This document shows positions 14,689-23,250 of a DNA stretch of 32,000 bases, piece after piece (the first letter of the stretch is position 1; every line of letters begins with the position of its first letter). The position numbers and the translations under genes were made by a program. This DNA is from Dubosiella newyorkensis (GTDB taxonomy: Bacteria; Bacillota_I; Bacilli_A; Erysipelotrichales; Erysipelotrichaceae): assembly GCF_001945605.1 (NCBI RefSeq), contig NZ_MPKA01000045.1, positions 13,616 to 45,615 on the forward strand, in the 5' to 3' direction. A model generated the notes under the pieces. The model was not told where the DNA came from and did not search any database. It saw nothing but the letters and a program-made list of their open reading frames with translations.

Positions 14689-14727
14689 AAAAGCATACAC
14701 TATCGTGTCAAGATAGACGTATGCTTT
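14689..14727. promoter_or_regulatory. Extended inverted repeat in a divergent intergenic region (operator or 5'-UTR hairpin)
   Basis: AAAAGCATAC (14689-14698) pairs with GTATGCTTT (14719-14727). An inner CTATC (14700-14704) pairs with GATAG (14712-14716). Confidence 0.3.
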
Positions 14728-14769
14728 CGCCTCTTGTGGTAGTATGAAAGCATCAAGGAGAATGGTATT

Positions 14770-15486
14770 ATGCGATTTAAAGACAAAGTCGTCATCGTCA
14801 CTGGCGGTGCGAGCGGAATTGGTAAACGGTTAAAAGAGCGCTTCGAAGAAGAAGGCGCTCATGTTTGTGTGTTCGATATTTTGCCGAACGATTTTTTTCA
14901 AGGCACTCTTTCCAATCAAAAAATGATGGACGCGTTCATTAAAAAGGTGCTTTCCAAATACGATCATGTGGATGTTTTGATCAACAACGCCCCTCCAGTC
15001 ATGCAAGGGATCAAGGAAGGAAGTTATGAAGGCTTCAATCACGCCCTTCTTGTCGGGATCAGCGCGCCCTTCTATTTAAGTCAGCAATTGATGGATCATT
15101 TTGCCTTGGGGGCTTCGATCATCAATATCACCTCGACTCGGGATGCGATGTCGATGGAGGAGAGCGAAAGCTATGCGGCTGCCAAAGGGGGCTTGATGGC
15201 GCTTACCCACGCGATGGCGATTTCTTTGGCAAGAAGAGTGCGTGTCAATGCGATCGCGCCTGGTTGGATCGATACCAAGAACGAAGAGCACTCGGCTGCA
15301 GATCGGCTGCAGCAGCCAGTGGGCCGGATCGGCACGTGCGATGATGTATGCGAGCTGGCGATGTTTTTGGCAAGCGATGCGGCTGGCTTTATCACGGGCG
15401 AAGAGATCGTTCTCGATGGAGGTATGAGTCGTTTGATGGTGTATCATGGCGAGCATGGCTGGACGTTCCAGAGCGAAGAAGAATAG
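14770..15486 (+). CDS. SDR-family (short-chain dehydrogenase/reductase) oxidoreductase
   Basis: 238 aa with VVIVTGGASGIGK (TGxxxGxG), LINNA, and catalytic S...YAAAKGG (YxxxK). Confidence 0.85.
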   Translation: MRFKDKVVIVTGGASGIGKRLKERFEEEGAHVCVFDILPNDFFQGTLSNQKMMDAFIKKVLSKYDHVDVLINNAPPVMQGIKEGSYEGFNHALLVGISAPFYLSQQLMDHFALGASIINITSTRDAMSMEESESYAAAKGGLMALTHAMAISLARRVRVNAIAPGWIDTKNEEHSAADRLQQPVGRIGTCDDVCELAMFLASDAAGFITGEEIVLDGGMSRLMVYHGEHGWTFQSEEE

Positions 15487-15497
15487 GAAAGAAAAAA

Positions 15498-15520
15498 GCT
15501 GAAACGAACTTGTTTCAGCT
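15498..15520. terminator. Bidirectional terminator hairpin
   Basis: AGCTGAAAC (15498-15506), a 5-nt loop, GTTTCAGCT (15512-15520). It is preceded by AAAAAA and followed by ATTTC. Confidence 0.6.
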
Positions 15521-15523
15521 ATT

Positions 15524-16036
15524 TCATTGGGTTTGATGGTTTTGAAGCGAGAGTAGATTTCGGTTCATATACGCGCTGAGCATTCTTAAATATGAGAAGA
15601 GATCGTTGTATTCTTGAATGTTGATCTCTCCATCTACACTGACCGCAGCTAAGCCAAGCGTCTCATAGACTTCATAGAGCGCGGTAGCCGCCAAGGAGAT
15701 CTTTCCATATTTTGAAAAAAGGTGGTTGTCGGCTTGAACGAACACTTGCAGCGTATAGGAAATGGTCGTCGCAAAATGTTCTAGATCGGTTTCAGCCATA
15801 AAAGCTTCCATTTCTTCATCGCTGAAGCGAAAGCCTAGGGAATCATATAAAAACCCTCTTTCTTCTGGATGGATCTTTAAGTCAGAAAAAGATAAGTGCA
15901 TAATGAACACCATCCACTCTGTCTTTAGAAGCGTCTTTAATGGATAGTTGAGATGAAGTTTAGCCCCCAATGTTTTTTCGACTTCATCGCATATCTCATA
16001 CATGCATTCAAGCGATTCTTTTAGATCTTGATCCAT
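15524..16036 (-). CDS. Hypothetical cytoplasmic helical protein (weak TerB-like DGxxxxxE flavour only)
   Basis: I prefer the second ATG at 16036 (AAGGAG 6 nt upstream) over the ATG at 16051. AAVSVDGEINIQEYNDL resembles the TerB-type motif, but this is a weak by-eye impression. Confidence 0.5.
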   Translation of the reverse strand: MDQDLKESLECMYEICDEVEKTLGAKLHLNYPLKTLLKTEWMVFIMHLSFSDLKIHPEERGFLYDSLGFRFSDEEMEAFMAETDLEHFATTISYTLQVFVQADNHLFSKYGKISLAATALYEVYETLGLAAVSVDGEINIQEYNDLFSYLRMLSAYMNRNLLSLQNHQTQ

Positions 16037-16358
16037 AACTTTCTCCTTCATGCACGTTTTTAATTATACCCTAAAACGTTTAAAAGCTAAACAAGAACAT
16101 ACAAATTTAGTAGATTTTTCTTATTCAGATTTTCTGTTTTTAATATTTATTTCATCCATTTTGTTTGGTATGATTAAAGAGAAGCGATCAAAATCACAGA
16201 ATACGATAGGTAAAGGCGATTCCATCAGGAGTCAAAAATTTCTGAGTGTCAAGACTATCATTCCAAATATTTCTATGTATACTACTAAGTGCATAGAGGA
16301 AATAGTTGAAGCGTCAACTATTTCCAAAAACTATAAAAATCAAAGGAGCAGAGCAAAC

Positions 16359-18533
16359 ATGAACGTAATTAAACGAAGTGGCGAAGAAGTCAATTTTGAT
16401 GTTCAAAAAATAGAAAACGCGATCCGCAAAGCGAGCAAGGCGACCGCGCACGATCAAATGAGCGAAGAGCAGATTTTGCAAGCCTCCAAGACCGTCGCAG
16501 ATAAATGTGTCCAATTGAAGCGTTCTCCTAACGTCGAGGAGATCCAAGATATGGTGGAAACAGAAATCATGGCCCGCGGTTTTTTCGCGGTCGCTCACAA
16601 CTACATCACGTATCGTTATGAGCGCGCCCTTGTCAGAAAAGCCAATTCGACCGACCAGCAGATCTTGTCCCTTCTTGAGCGGAACAACGAAGAAGTCAAG
16701 CAAGAAAACTCGAACAAGAATCCGCTTGTCAACAGCGTGCAGCGCGATTATATGGCCGGCGAGGTCTCAAAAGACATCACAAAACGTTTCTTATTGCCGC
16801 AAGAAGTCATGGAAGCGCACGACCAAGGGATCATTCACTTCCACGATTCGGACTATTTCGCCCAGCATATGCACAATTGCTGTTTGGTCAATCTAGAAGA
16901 CATGCTCCAAAATGGAACGGTCATTTCGGAGACGATGATCGAAAAGCCACATAGTTTTTCAACAGCGTGCAACGTGGCGACGCAAATCATCGCGCAAGTG
17001 GCCAGCAGCCAATACGGGGGCCAGAGCATCACGCTTTCGCATCTAGCGCCCTTTGTAGAAGTCTCTCGTCAAAAAGCGCGCAAAGAAGTCCGCGAGGAAA
17101 TGGATGCGCTCGATATTCCATACACGGAAGAAAAGGCGAATGAAATGGCGGAAATGCGCGTCCATCGCGAGATCGAAAAAGGCGTGCAGATGATCCAATA
17201 CCAAGTCATCACATTGATGACGACCAATGGCCAAGCGCCATTCGTGACCGTTTTCATGTATTTGAACGAGGTTTCGGACCCTCAAGAGCGTCATGATCTC
17301 GCTTTGATCATCGAAGAAATGCTCAAACAGCGTATTCAAGGCGTCAAAAACGAGAAGGGCGTCTATATCACGCCAGCCTTCCCAAAACTGATCTATGTGT
17401 TAGAGGAAAACAACGTCAAGCCAGACAGTCCTTATTATTATTTGACAGAGCTTGCCGCCAAATGCACCGCGAAACGTATGGTTCCTGACTACATTTCAGA
17501 AAAGCTCATGCTTTCTCTCAAAATCGACACGAAAGGCGAAGGCCATTGTTATCCATGCATGGGATGCCGTTCCTTCTTGACGACCTATCGCGATGAAAAC
17601 GATCAACCAAAGTATTATGGACGATTCAACCAAGGCGTCGTGACTTTGAATCTTGTCGATGTCGCTTGTTCTTCTAAAGGCGATCTCGACACGTTCTGGA
17701 AAATCATGGACGAGCGTCTCGCCTTGTGTTATAAAGCGCTCATGTGCCGTCATAATCGTCTTCTTGGCACGCCAAGCGATGTGGCGCCGATCTTATGGCA
17801 AGATGGGGCTCTTGCTCGTTTGAAAAAAGGCGAGCCGATCGATAAATTGCTTTTTGGCGGCTATTCGACCATTTCTCTTGGCTATGCCGGCTTATGTGAA
17901 TGCGTCACGTACATGACAGGGCATCCGCACACCGAAAAAGAAGGCACAGAATTCGGCTTACAAGTCATGCAGTATTTGAATGACGCGTGCGCGAAGTGGC
18001 GCCAAGAAACAAATATCGACTTTTCATTATATGGAACGCCGATGGAATCAACGACTTACAAATTCGCGAAAAAGCTGCAAGACCGCTTTGGCATCATTCC
18101 AGGTGTCACAGATCGCAACTATATCACGAACAGCTATCACGTGCACGTCACTGAAGAGATCAACGCCTTTGATAAATTGACGTTCGAATCGCAATTCCAA
18201 AAGCTTTCCCCAGGAGGCGCGATCAGCTACGTCGAGGTGCCAAATATGGAAAACAACATTCCTGCGGTACTCGCTTTGATCCATCACATTTATGAAAATA
18301 TCATGTATGCCGAGCTCAACACGAAGAGCGACTATTGTCAAGAATGCGGCTATACAGGCGAGATCCAGATCGTAGAGGATGAAAACCATAAGCTTATTTG
18401 GGAGTGCCCAAATTGCCACAACCACGATCAAGAAAAGATGAATGTGGCGCGCAGAACGTGCGGCTATATCGGAACCCAATTCTGGAACCAAGGACGGACC
18501 CAAGAAATCAAAGAGCGCGTCATGCATCTATAA
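16359..18533 (+). CDS. nrdD: Anaerobic ribonucleoside-triphosphate reductase (class III)
   Basis: The ATP-cone N-terminus MNVIKRSGEEVNFDVQKIENAI starts at the ATG at 16359, with the SD AAAGGAG at 16342-16348. The C-terminal Zn motif is CQECGY...CPNCHN and the glycyl-radical motif is RRTCGYIG. Confidence 0.95.
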   Translation: MNVIKRSGEEVNFDVQKIENAIRKASKATAHDQMSEEQILQASKTVADKCVQLKRSPNVEEIQDMVETEIMARGFFAVAHNYITYRYERALVRKANSTDQQILSLLERNNEEVKQENSNKNPLVNSVQRDYMAGEVSKDITKRFLLPQEVMEAHDQGIIHFHDSDYFAQHMHNCCLVNLEDMLQNGTVISETMIEKPHSFSTACNVATQIIAQVASSQYGGQSITLSHLAPFVEVSRQKARKEVREEMDALDIPYTEEKANEMAEMRVHREIEKGVQMIQYQVITLMTTNGQAPFVTVFMYLNEVSDPQERHDLALIIEEMLKQRIQGVKNEKGVYITPAFPKLIYVLEENNVKPDSPYYYLTELAAKCTAKRMVPDYISEKLMLSLKIDTKGEGHCYPCMGCRSFLTTYRDENDQPKYYGRFNQGVVTLNLVDVACSSKGDLDTFWKIMDERLALCYKALMCRHNRLLGTPSDVAPILWQDGALARLKKGEPIDKLLFGGYSTISLGYAGLCECVTYMTGHPHTEKEGTEFGLQVMQYLNDACAKWRQETNIDFSLYGTPMESTTYKFAKKLQDRFGIIPGVTDRNYITNSYHVHVTEEINAFDKLTFESQFQKLSPGGAISYVEVPNMENNIPAVLALIHHIYENIMYAELNTKSDYCQECGYTGEIQIVEDENHKLIWECPNCHNHDQEKMNVARRTCGYIGTQFWNQGRTQEIKERVMHL

Positions 18534-18537
18534 AACG

Positions 18538-18565
18538 AAAGCGAGGCCAACGACCTCGCTTTTTC
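18538..18565. terminator. Terminator after nrdD, shared with the convergent gene
   Basis: AAAGCGAGG (18538-18546), a loop, CCTCGCTTT (18554-18562), followed by a T-run. Confidence 0.7.
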
Positions 18566-19867
18566 TTATTCTTTGATTTTGATGATCGTCGCGAATTTGA
18601 CTTCGTGATTCTCGATTTGGAAGACGTCGAACTGCAAGTTTTTGATCACAAAGCTGCATCGCTCTCCATCTTCTGGTACGCGTCTAAGTTGCTGATACAT
18701 CATTCCGTTGAAGGAGTCGTTGTCATTTTCATCCAAGTCGACTCCCGTGATTTCGCTGATCGCATCCAGCGGCACATTGCCAAGCACTTTCCAGCGATCG
18801 ATGCCAGCTGGCAAAATACGTGGGCTTTCTTCTTCATTAAAATCGCCGACGAGTTCTTCGACAAGATCGTTCATGGTCACCACGCCAGATACGCCGCCAT
18901 ACTCATCCAAAACGACCACCAACTTCTGCTTGTCTTTTTTCATTGTTTTGAATAGAACATCGGCTTTCATGTTTTCGGGTACAAAATAAGGCTTACGGAC
19001 CGCGCGCTTCCATACGTTTTCTTTGGAGCCATCCTTCAAGCGGAAATAATCTTTCGCATTGAGAATGCCTACGATCGAATCTTTTGTTTCTTTAAAGATC
19101 GGAAACTGGGAGCGTTTGCTTTCTAAGATCGTCTTGTCCCACACTTCGATGGGATCTTTGGCATCGAGCATGGTGACATCTTTTCGATGCGTCATGATGC
19201 TTTCGATCGCCAAATCGTCAAATTCGAACACATTTTGGATCCACGTGTTTTCTTCTTGATCGATCGTTCCTTTCAAGCTTCCAGCTTCTGCCATCAAGCG
19301 GATCTCTTCTTCGCTAAGCTCTGTATCATCTTCCTGATTTGGGTCGATCCCACAAAGTCTTAGCACTCCATTGCACGAGATCGTTAATAAGCTCACTAGA
19401 GGAGCGAATAGCTTAGAAATCGTCGAAATCAAGCCAGAAACAGAAAGCGCCATCGTTTCTTTTTTACGCATCGCGATCTGTTTTGGAACAAGCTCTCCAA
19501 AAACGAGCGTGAAATACGACAAAATGATCGTGATCAATACGACAGAAATCGTATTCAAGATCGAAGGCGAGATCCCTACGCCAAGTTTTACGAGTCCATC
19601 GACAAGATAGCCAGCAAAGTTATCGGCGGCAAAGGCGCTGCCTAAAAAGCCCGACAGAGTGATGGCGACTTGGATCGTGGCCAAGAAGCGCGAAGGATCT
19701 TTGATCAGCTTCAATAAACGAGCCGCCTTGCCATTTCCTTGTTCTGCCATCTTTTCGATCTTGTTTTCGTTGACGGAAATGACGGCGATTTCGGCGCAGG
19801 CAAACAAAGCGTTCAAAGCGATCAAAGCCACTTGTAAAAGAAGCATCCATAAAATTGTTGAATCCAT
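18566..19867 (-). CDS. Hemolysin-family / CNNM-type membrane protein (DUF21 TM domain + CBS pair + CorC_HlyC)
   Basis: 433 aa. The N-terminus LLLQVALIALNALFACAEIAVISV is typical of DUF21. It is followed by a CBS-pair region and a C-terminal transporter-associated domain. Confidence 0.85.
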   Translation of the reverse strand: MDSTILWMLLLQVALIALNALFACAEIAVISVNENKIEKMAEQGNGKAARLLKLIKDPSRFLATIQVAITLSGFLGSAFAADNFAGYLVDGLVKLGVGISPSILNTISVVLITIILSYFTLVFGELVPKQIAMRKKETMALSVSGLISTISKLFAPLVSLLTISCNGVLRLCGIDPNQEDDTELSEEEIRLMAEAGSLKGTIDQEENTWIQNVFEFDDLAIESIMTHRKDVTMLDAKDPIEVWDKTILESKRSQFPIFKETKDSIVGILNAKDYFRLKDGSKENVWKRAVRKPYFVPENMKADVLFKTMKKDKQKLVVVLDEYGGVSGVVTMNDLVEELVGDFNEEESPRILPAGIDRWKVLGNVPLDAISEITGVDLDENDNDSFNGMMYQQLRRVPEDGERCSFVIKNLQFDVFQIENHEVKFATIIKIKE

Positions 19868-19958
19868 ATTACCTCACTTTTTTGAGGCAAGTATATCAAA
19901 ATCAGTTCTAGAGAAAAATCGAATTGCTTGTTAGAATAAAGAAGAAAGAAGGTAGCTC

Positions 19959-20486
19959 ATGAATTATGGAACGATCAAAAAATACGATATAGCCAATGGC
20001 CTTGGCGTGCGGACGACTTTGTTCGTCTCCGGGTGCACGAACCATTGTCCTGGCTGTTTTCAAAAAGAAACTTGGGATTTTGACTATGGAAAGCCCTACA
20101 CGAAAAAGACAGAGCAAGAGATCCTCGACTCTCTCGATCACGAGTACATCGATGGTTTGACCCTTCTTGGAGGCGAGCCTTTCGAGTTTTCGAACCAGGA
20201 AGCCTTGATCCGCCTGCTTAGAAAAGTCAAAGAACGTTTTCCAACCAAATCGATTTGGTGCTATACAGGCTTCGTGCTCGATCAAGATTTGCTCTTAGGC
20301 GGTAAACGACATGGCCCATATACCGAAGAAATGCTTTCGTATCTCAATGTGCTTGTCGATGGTCCTTTTCAGGAAGAACGCAAGAATATCATGCTCAAGT
20401 TTCGGGGTAGCGAAAACCAGCGGATCATCGATGTTCCGGCTTCCCTCGCAAAACAAGAAATCGTCCTTTTGGAAGACTTAATGTAA
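19959..20486 (+). CDS. nrdG: Anaerobic ribonucleoside-triphosphate reductase activating protein (radical SAM)
   Basis: 175 aa with DIANGLGVRTTLFVSGCTNHCPGCFQKETW (CxxxCxxC) and LTLLGGEP. Confidence 0.9.
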   Translation: MNYGTIKKYDIANGLGVRTTLFVSGCTNHCPGCFQKETWDFDYGKPYTKKTEQEILDSLDHEYIDGLTLLGGEPFEFSNQEALIRLLRKVKERFPTKSIWCYTGFVLDQDLLLGGKRHGPYTEEMLSYLNVLVDGPFQEERKNIMLKFRGSENQRIIDVPASLAKQEIVLLEDLM

Positions 20487-20504
20487 CCGTTCACACTTCG
20501 TAAA

Positions 20505-20537
20505 CAAAACCATCAAATCGATGGTTTTTGTTTTTAA
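20505..20537 (+). terminator. Terminator after nrdG
   Basis: AAAACCATC (20506-20514), a loop, GATGGTTTT (20520-20528), followed by TGTTTTT. Confidence 0.7.
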
Positions 20538-20552
20538 GAAATAAACATTTTT

Positions 20553-20581
20553 TTGACAACCCCCGTTCTATCGTGTATAGT
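20553..20581 (+). promoter_or_regulatory. Near-consensus sigma-A promoter (TTGACA, 17 nt, TATAGT)
   Basis: TTGACA lies at 20553-20558, the 17-nt spacer follows, and TATAGT lies at 20576-20581. The site is ~35 nt upstream of the SD AAGGAGG and the ATG at 20616. Confidence 0.75.
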
Positions 20582-20615
20582 GTTTCCTTGTGAAATAAAA
20601 AAGGAGGAAACAACC

Positions 20616-21314
20616 ATGATGAAACAGTTGTTTGCGAGCGTTTTATTAGGGGGATTAAGCGCAATCAGCACACCGGAAATAACACTCAACAAAGTGCATG
20701 ATCCGATCTATGAACAAGCCAATCTTCGTTTTGAAAAGTACTTTTTTGAACCAACACAAGAAACGGCCTATCTTATAGAAGATGCGAAAGGCAAAGATAT
20801 ACCAGAAGAGAGCGGGATCGATCAGATTTCCTTCTCAAAATACGATGCCGTAGAACTAAGCGGCATCAACAACTACGACTATTGGAAAGTCGAAGTGGAT
20901 GGAAAAACATATTATCTCGAGAAAGATTCGATCACGCTCGATGAAGAAGTCATCCAAGACATGAAAGAACAAGAAGAAGCAAAAAGACAAGAACAATTAA
21001 AAACCAATTGGAACGGCCCAGTCCTTTCACCAAGCGCTGGAACGATCGTCGGGCCTTCTGGAAAAGAAACCTATTATAATTTACCGATGGAAGGCGTTGT
21101 CTCGATCATGCGCGGCATGGGCAACAACGATCCTTATTGGGTTAGGGAAGATGGCGTCAAAATGCTTGGCGATTATGTGATGGTCGCCGCCCATCTTGGC
21201 TTGCATCCTCGCGGATCGATCGTCGATTCTTCGCTTGGAAAAGCGATCGTCTGCGATACAGGAGGATTTGCTCATTCAAATCCAAATCAGCTCGATATCG
21301 CGACGGCTTGGTAA
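20616..21314 (+). CDS. Secreted protein with a C-terminal 3D/DPBB-like (MltA/RlpA-type) domain; probable cell-wall-associated
   Basis: The start is the ATG at 20616, after AAGGAGG. The signal-like N-terminus is MMKQLFASVLLGGLSAIS. The C-terminus VAAHLGLHPRGSIVDSSLGKAIVCDTGGFA...LDIATAW resembles the 3D-domain pattern (DTGG). This is a by-eye call. Confidence 0.5.
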   Translation: MMKQLFASVLLGGLSAISTPEITLNKVHDPIYEQANLRFEKYFFEPTQETAYLIEDAKGKDIPEESGIDQISFSKYDAVELSGINNYDYWKVEVDGKTYYLEKDSITLDEEVIQDMKEQEEAKRQEQLKTNWNGPVLSPSAGTIVGPSGKETYYNLPMEGVVSIMRGMGNNDPYWVREDGVKMLGDYVMVAAHLGLHPRGSIVDSSLGKAIVCDTGGFAHSNPNQLDIATAW

Positions 21315-21332
21315 AATACACCTATATATATT

Positions 21333-21367
21333 AAATGTCCTGAAGCGTACGCACAGGACATTTTTTT
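21333..21367. terminator. Bidirectional terminator
   Basis: ATGTCCTG (21335-21342), an 11-nt loop, CAGGACAT (21354-21361), then a T7 run. AAA lies upstream. Confidence 0.7.
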
Positions 21368-21369
21368 GA

Positions 21370-22332
21370 TTATTTTTTCTCGAGACTTCCTTTGAACAAG
21401 ATCGTGATCGCCGCAAAGAGAACACCTCCTACCGCAAAGACGATCCATGTGTGATCCCAATCGTTGGTGGTAAAGCTCCACGCTAAATAAATGGCTGTGA
21501 CAATGCACCAATAGGCGCCAGGCAAGTAGCTATACTTCTTATTGAACTGCTTGTTTTTGATGGAATATTCACCTTGATTGAGAAGCGCTTCATACGTTTC
21601 TTTCATGGTGCCATTATATATAAAGATGAATACGCCGCAAGCGACAAAAAACAGAAGGATGCTCAATCCTACAAACACATACTGTTCGCTGATCATGATC
21701 GAAACAAACAATGGAATGACGCTTAAAATACAAATCGTAACGCCGGTCATCGTCCAAAGGGCAGATTTCGACTGCATCGTTTCCAAACGCTCTTGGACCC
21801 AATTTCTTGTAGTATTCGATAAACGGACAGGTTCTTTTTCGATCCATTCATACTTTTCTAAGCGGCTTCCAAAATAGACGCAAATCGCCACTCCAATACT
21901 GACAAGGATCAAAAGAACGATCAATCCGATCATGCCGGCTTGATCTTCGCTTTTAAATACATCATGAAAAAAGCCAAGCGAATATCCGCCTCCACACACG
22001 AACAGCGCGATCGGGGATACGATAAACAAGAAAACAGCAATGGCGATATAGAGGCGGCTTTTTTCTTTTAAGTTCACGAGCGCTTCTACTTCTGTTTGGG
22101 GCATTAGACGCGCTACATGTTCTTCGGGTTCGATCCGATCTTCTTGCAGTAAAGAATCGATGCTTACGTGAAAGATTTCCGATAAGCGTACGATCTTGTC
22201 AAGATCGGGAGTCGAAGCGTTTAATTCCCACTTCGATACCGATTGTCTTGATACATCGAGTAAAGAAGCTAGCTCTTCTTGCGAGTATCCTTCTTTCTTT
22301 CTAAGTTCAATGATTTTTTCTCCTAAATTCAT
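21370..22332 (-). CDS. XRE-family helix-turn-helix protein fused to a multi-pass membrane domain
   Basis: I prefer the ATG at 22332 (SD AAAGGAGA upstream). The protein begins MNLGEKIIELRKKEGYSQEELASLLDVSRQSVSKWE, a classic HTH_3, and continues with about 6 hydrophobic helices. Confidence 0.75.
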   Translation of the reverse strand: MNLGEKIIELRKKEGYSQEELASLLDVSRQSVSKWELNASTPDLDKIVRLSEIFHVSIDSLLQEDRIEPEEHVARLMPQTEVEALVNLKEKSRLYIAIAVFLFIVSPIALFVCGGGYSLGFFHDVFKSEDQAGMIGLIVLLILVSIGVAICVYFGSRLEKYEWIEKEPVRLSNTTRNWVQERLETMQSKSALWTMTGVTICILSVIPLFVSIMISEQYVFVGLSILLFFVACGVFIFIYNGTMKETYEALLNQGEYSIKNKQFNKKYSYLPGAYWCIVTAIYLAWSFTTNDWDHTWIVFAVGGVLFAAITILFKGSLEKK

Positions 22333-22651
22333 AGTTGAATCTCCTTTTCTTGCGTTTATCTTTCCATATTCGCTCTCTATCAACTACCAAGCGCGCTTAG
22401 AAAGTGCGCAACTGGTTGTTGCGTTTTAAGAAAATCTTTCTTTTTGTGTCTAATTATTCTTAATTATATCGGATTATCGTATGAAATATGATAAAACCAT
22501 TCAAAAAAGTTTGTATTTCTTTCTTATTTCATCTTTTTCCAAACGACTGGACCATGGATTTATATTTACAACAAAAAAGAAAGGAGGTTCAACAATATAC
22601 TGGCATCCTGCGATCCATGCTTGTAGAATAAGTGGATAGTCAGGAGGTCGT

Positions 22652-23011
22652 ATGTCTATTTTAGGAAATATTATTTGGTTTTTGTTTGGAGGATTTTTGC
22701 TTGCGATTTCTTGGTATTTCATCGGGATCCTTTGGTGTATCACGATTATTGGCATTCCGATTGGTACGCAGTGCTTTAAATTCGGAACGCTGATGTTGTG
22801 GCCGTTTGGCAAACAGATCGTCTATTCTACATCGACGGTTAGTTTTCTTGTCAACGTATTGTGGCTTCTTTTTGGCGGATTCGCCCTGGCGATCGAGACC
22901 ATTGGATGCGGTATTATCTTGTGTGTTACGATCATTGGCATTCCCTTTGGCTTGCAGTGCTTCAAATTCGCCAAGCTTGCCTTGATGCCCTTTGGAGCTC
23001 GAATCGTTTAA
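22652..23011 (+). CDS. yccF: YccF-domain (DUF307) inner membrane protein
   Basis: 119 aa with two internal repeats: NIIWFLFGGFLLAISWYFIGILWCITIIGIPIGTQCFKF and NVLWLLFGGFALAIETIGCGIILCVTIIGIPFGLQCFKF. The SD is AGGAGG. Confidence 0.8.
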   Translation: MSILGNIIWFLFGGFLLAISWYFIGILWCITIIGIPIGTQCFKFGTLMLWPFGKQIVYSTSTVSFLVNVLWLLFGGFALAIETIGCGIILCVTIIGIPFGLQCFKFAKLALMPFGARIV

Positions 23012-23013
23012 AA

Positions 23014-23037
23014 AAAGGAGATCGCGGGATCTCCTTT
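23014..23037. terminator. Bidirectional terminator between yccF and copA
   Basis: AAAGGAGATC, loop gcgg, GATCTCCTTT. The stem is a perfect 7 bp, extended by A/T flanks. Confidence 0.7.
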
Positions 23038-23040
23038 TCC

Positions 23041-23250
23041 TTATTGGATCGATACGGGCTCATAACCCGCGTTTTTGACAGCATCCATCAAGACTTGGTT
23101 TTCGACAGGCGCCTCCAATGTGATGCGGGCTTCTTTTTTGTCGAGATCGACCACGGCTTTCTTGACACCCGATACTTCATCTAGAGCCTTTTCCACATGG
23201 GCTTTGCAGTGGTTGCACGACATTCCATTGACTTTCATGATTTTTTCCAT
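23041..23250 (-). CDS. Possible internally initiated CopZ-like copper chaperone (69 aa) nested in frame in the copA 3' end
   Basis: AAGGAGG (23265-23259 on the minus strand) lies 8 nt upstream of the in-frame ATG at 23250. The product would be MEKIMKVNGMSCNHCKAHVEKALDEV...GYEPVSIQ, a complete HMA fold. Separate translation is inference only. Confidence 0.3.
   Translation of the reverse strand: MEKIMKVNGMSCNHCKAHVEKALDEVSGVKKAVVDLDKKEARITLEAPVENQVLMDAVKNAGYEPVSIQ

Noticed and set aside
16050-16358. 103-codon N-terminal extension of the nrdD ORF in the track
   Set aside because: The extension is AT-rich, has no SD, and overlaps the divergent gene's start region. The canonical ATP-cone begins at the ATG at 16359, which has an AAAGGAG SD.
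20553-20615. TTG start at 20553 for the secreted-protein ORF
   Set aside because: The TTG is the first triplet of a consensus TTGACA -35 box. The ATG at 20616 follows an AAGGAGG SD and gives a proper signal peptide.
22481-22639. 52-codon plus-strand ORF in the yccF upstream region
   Set aside because: No SD precedes its ATG, and its composition is typical of AT-rich intergenic DNA. It is kept only as part of the note on that unexplained intergenic region.
22501-22812. 103-aa minus-strand ORF overlapping the start of yccF
   Set aside because: It is antisense to a well-supported YccF gene with clear internal repeats. It has no SD and its sequence is not protein-like.
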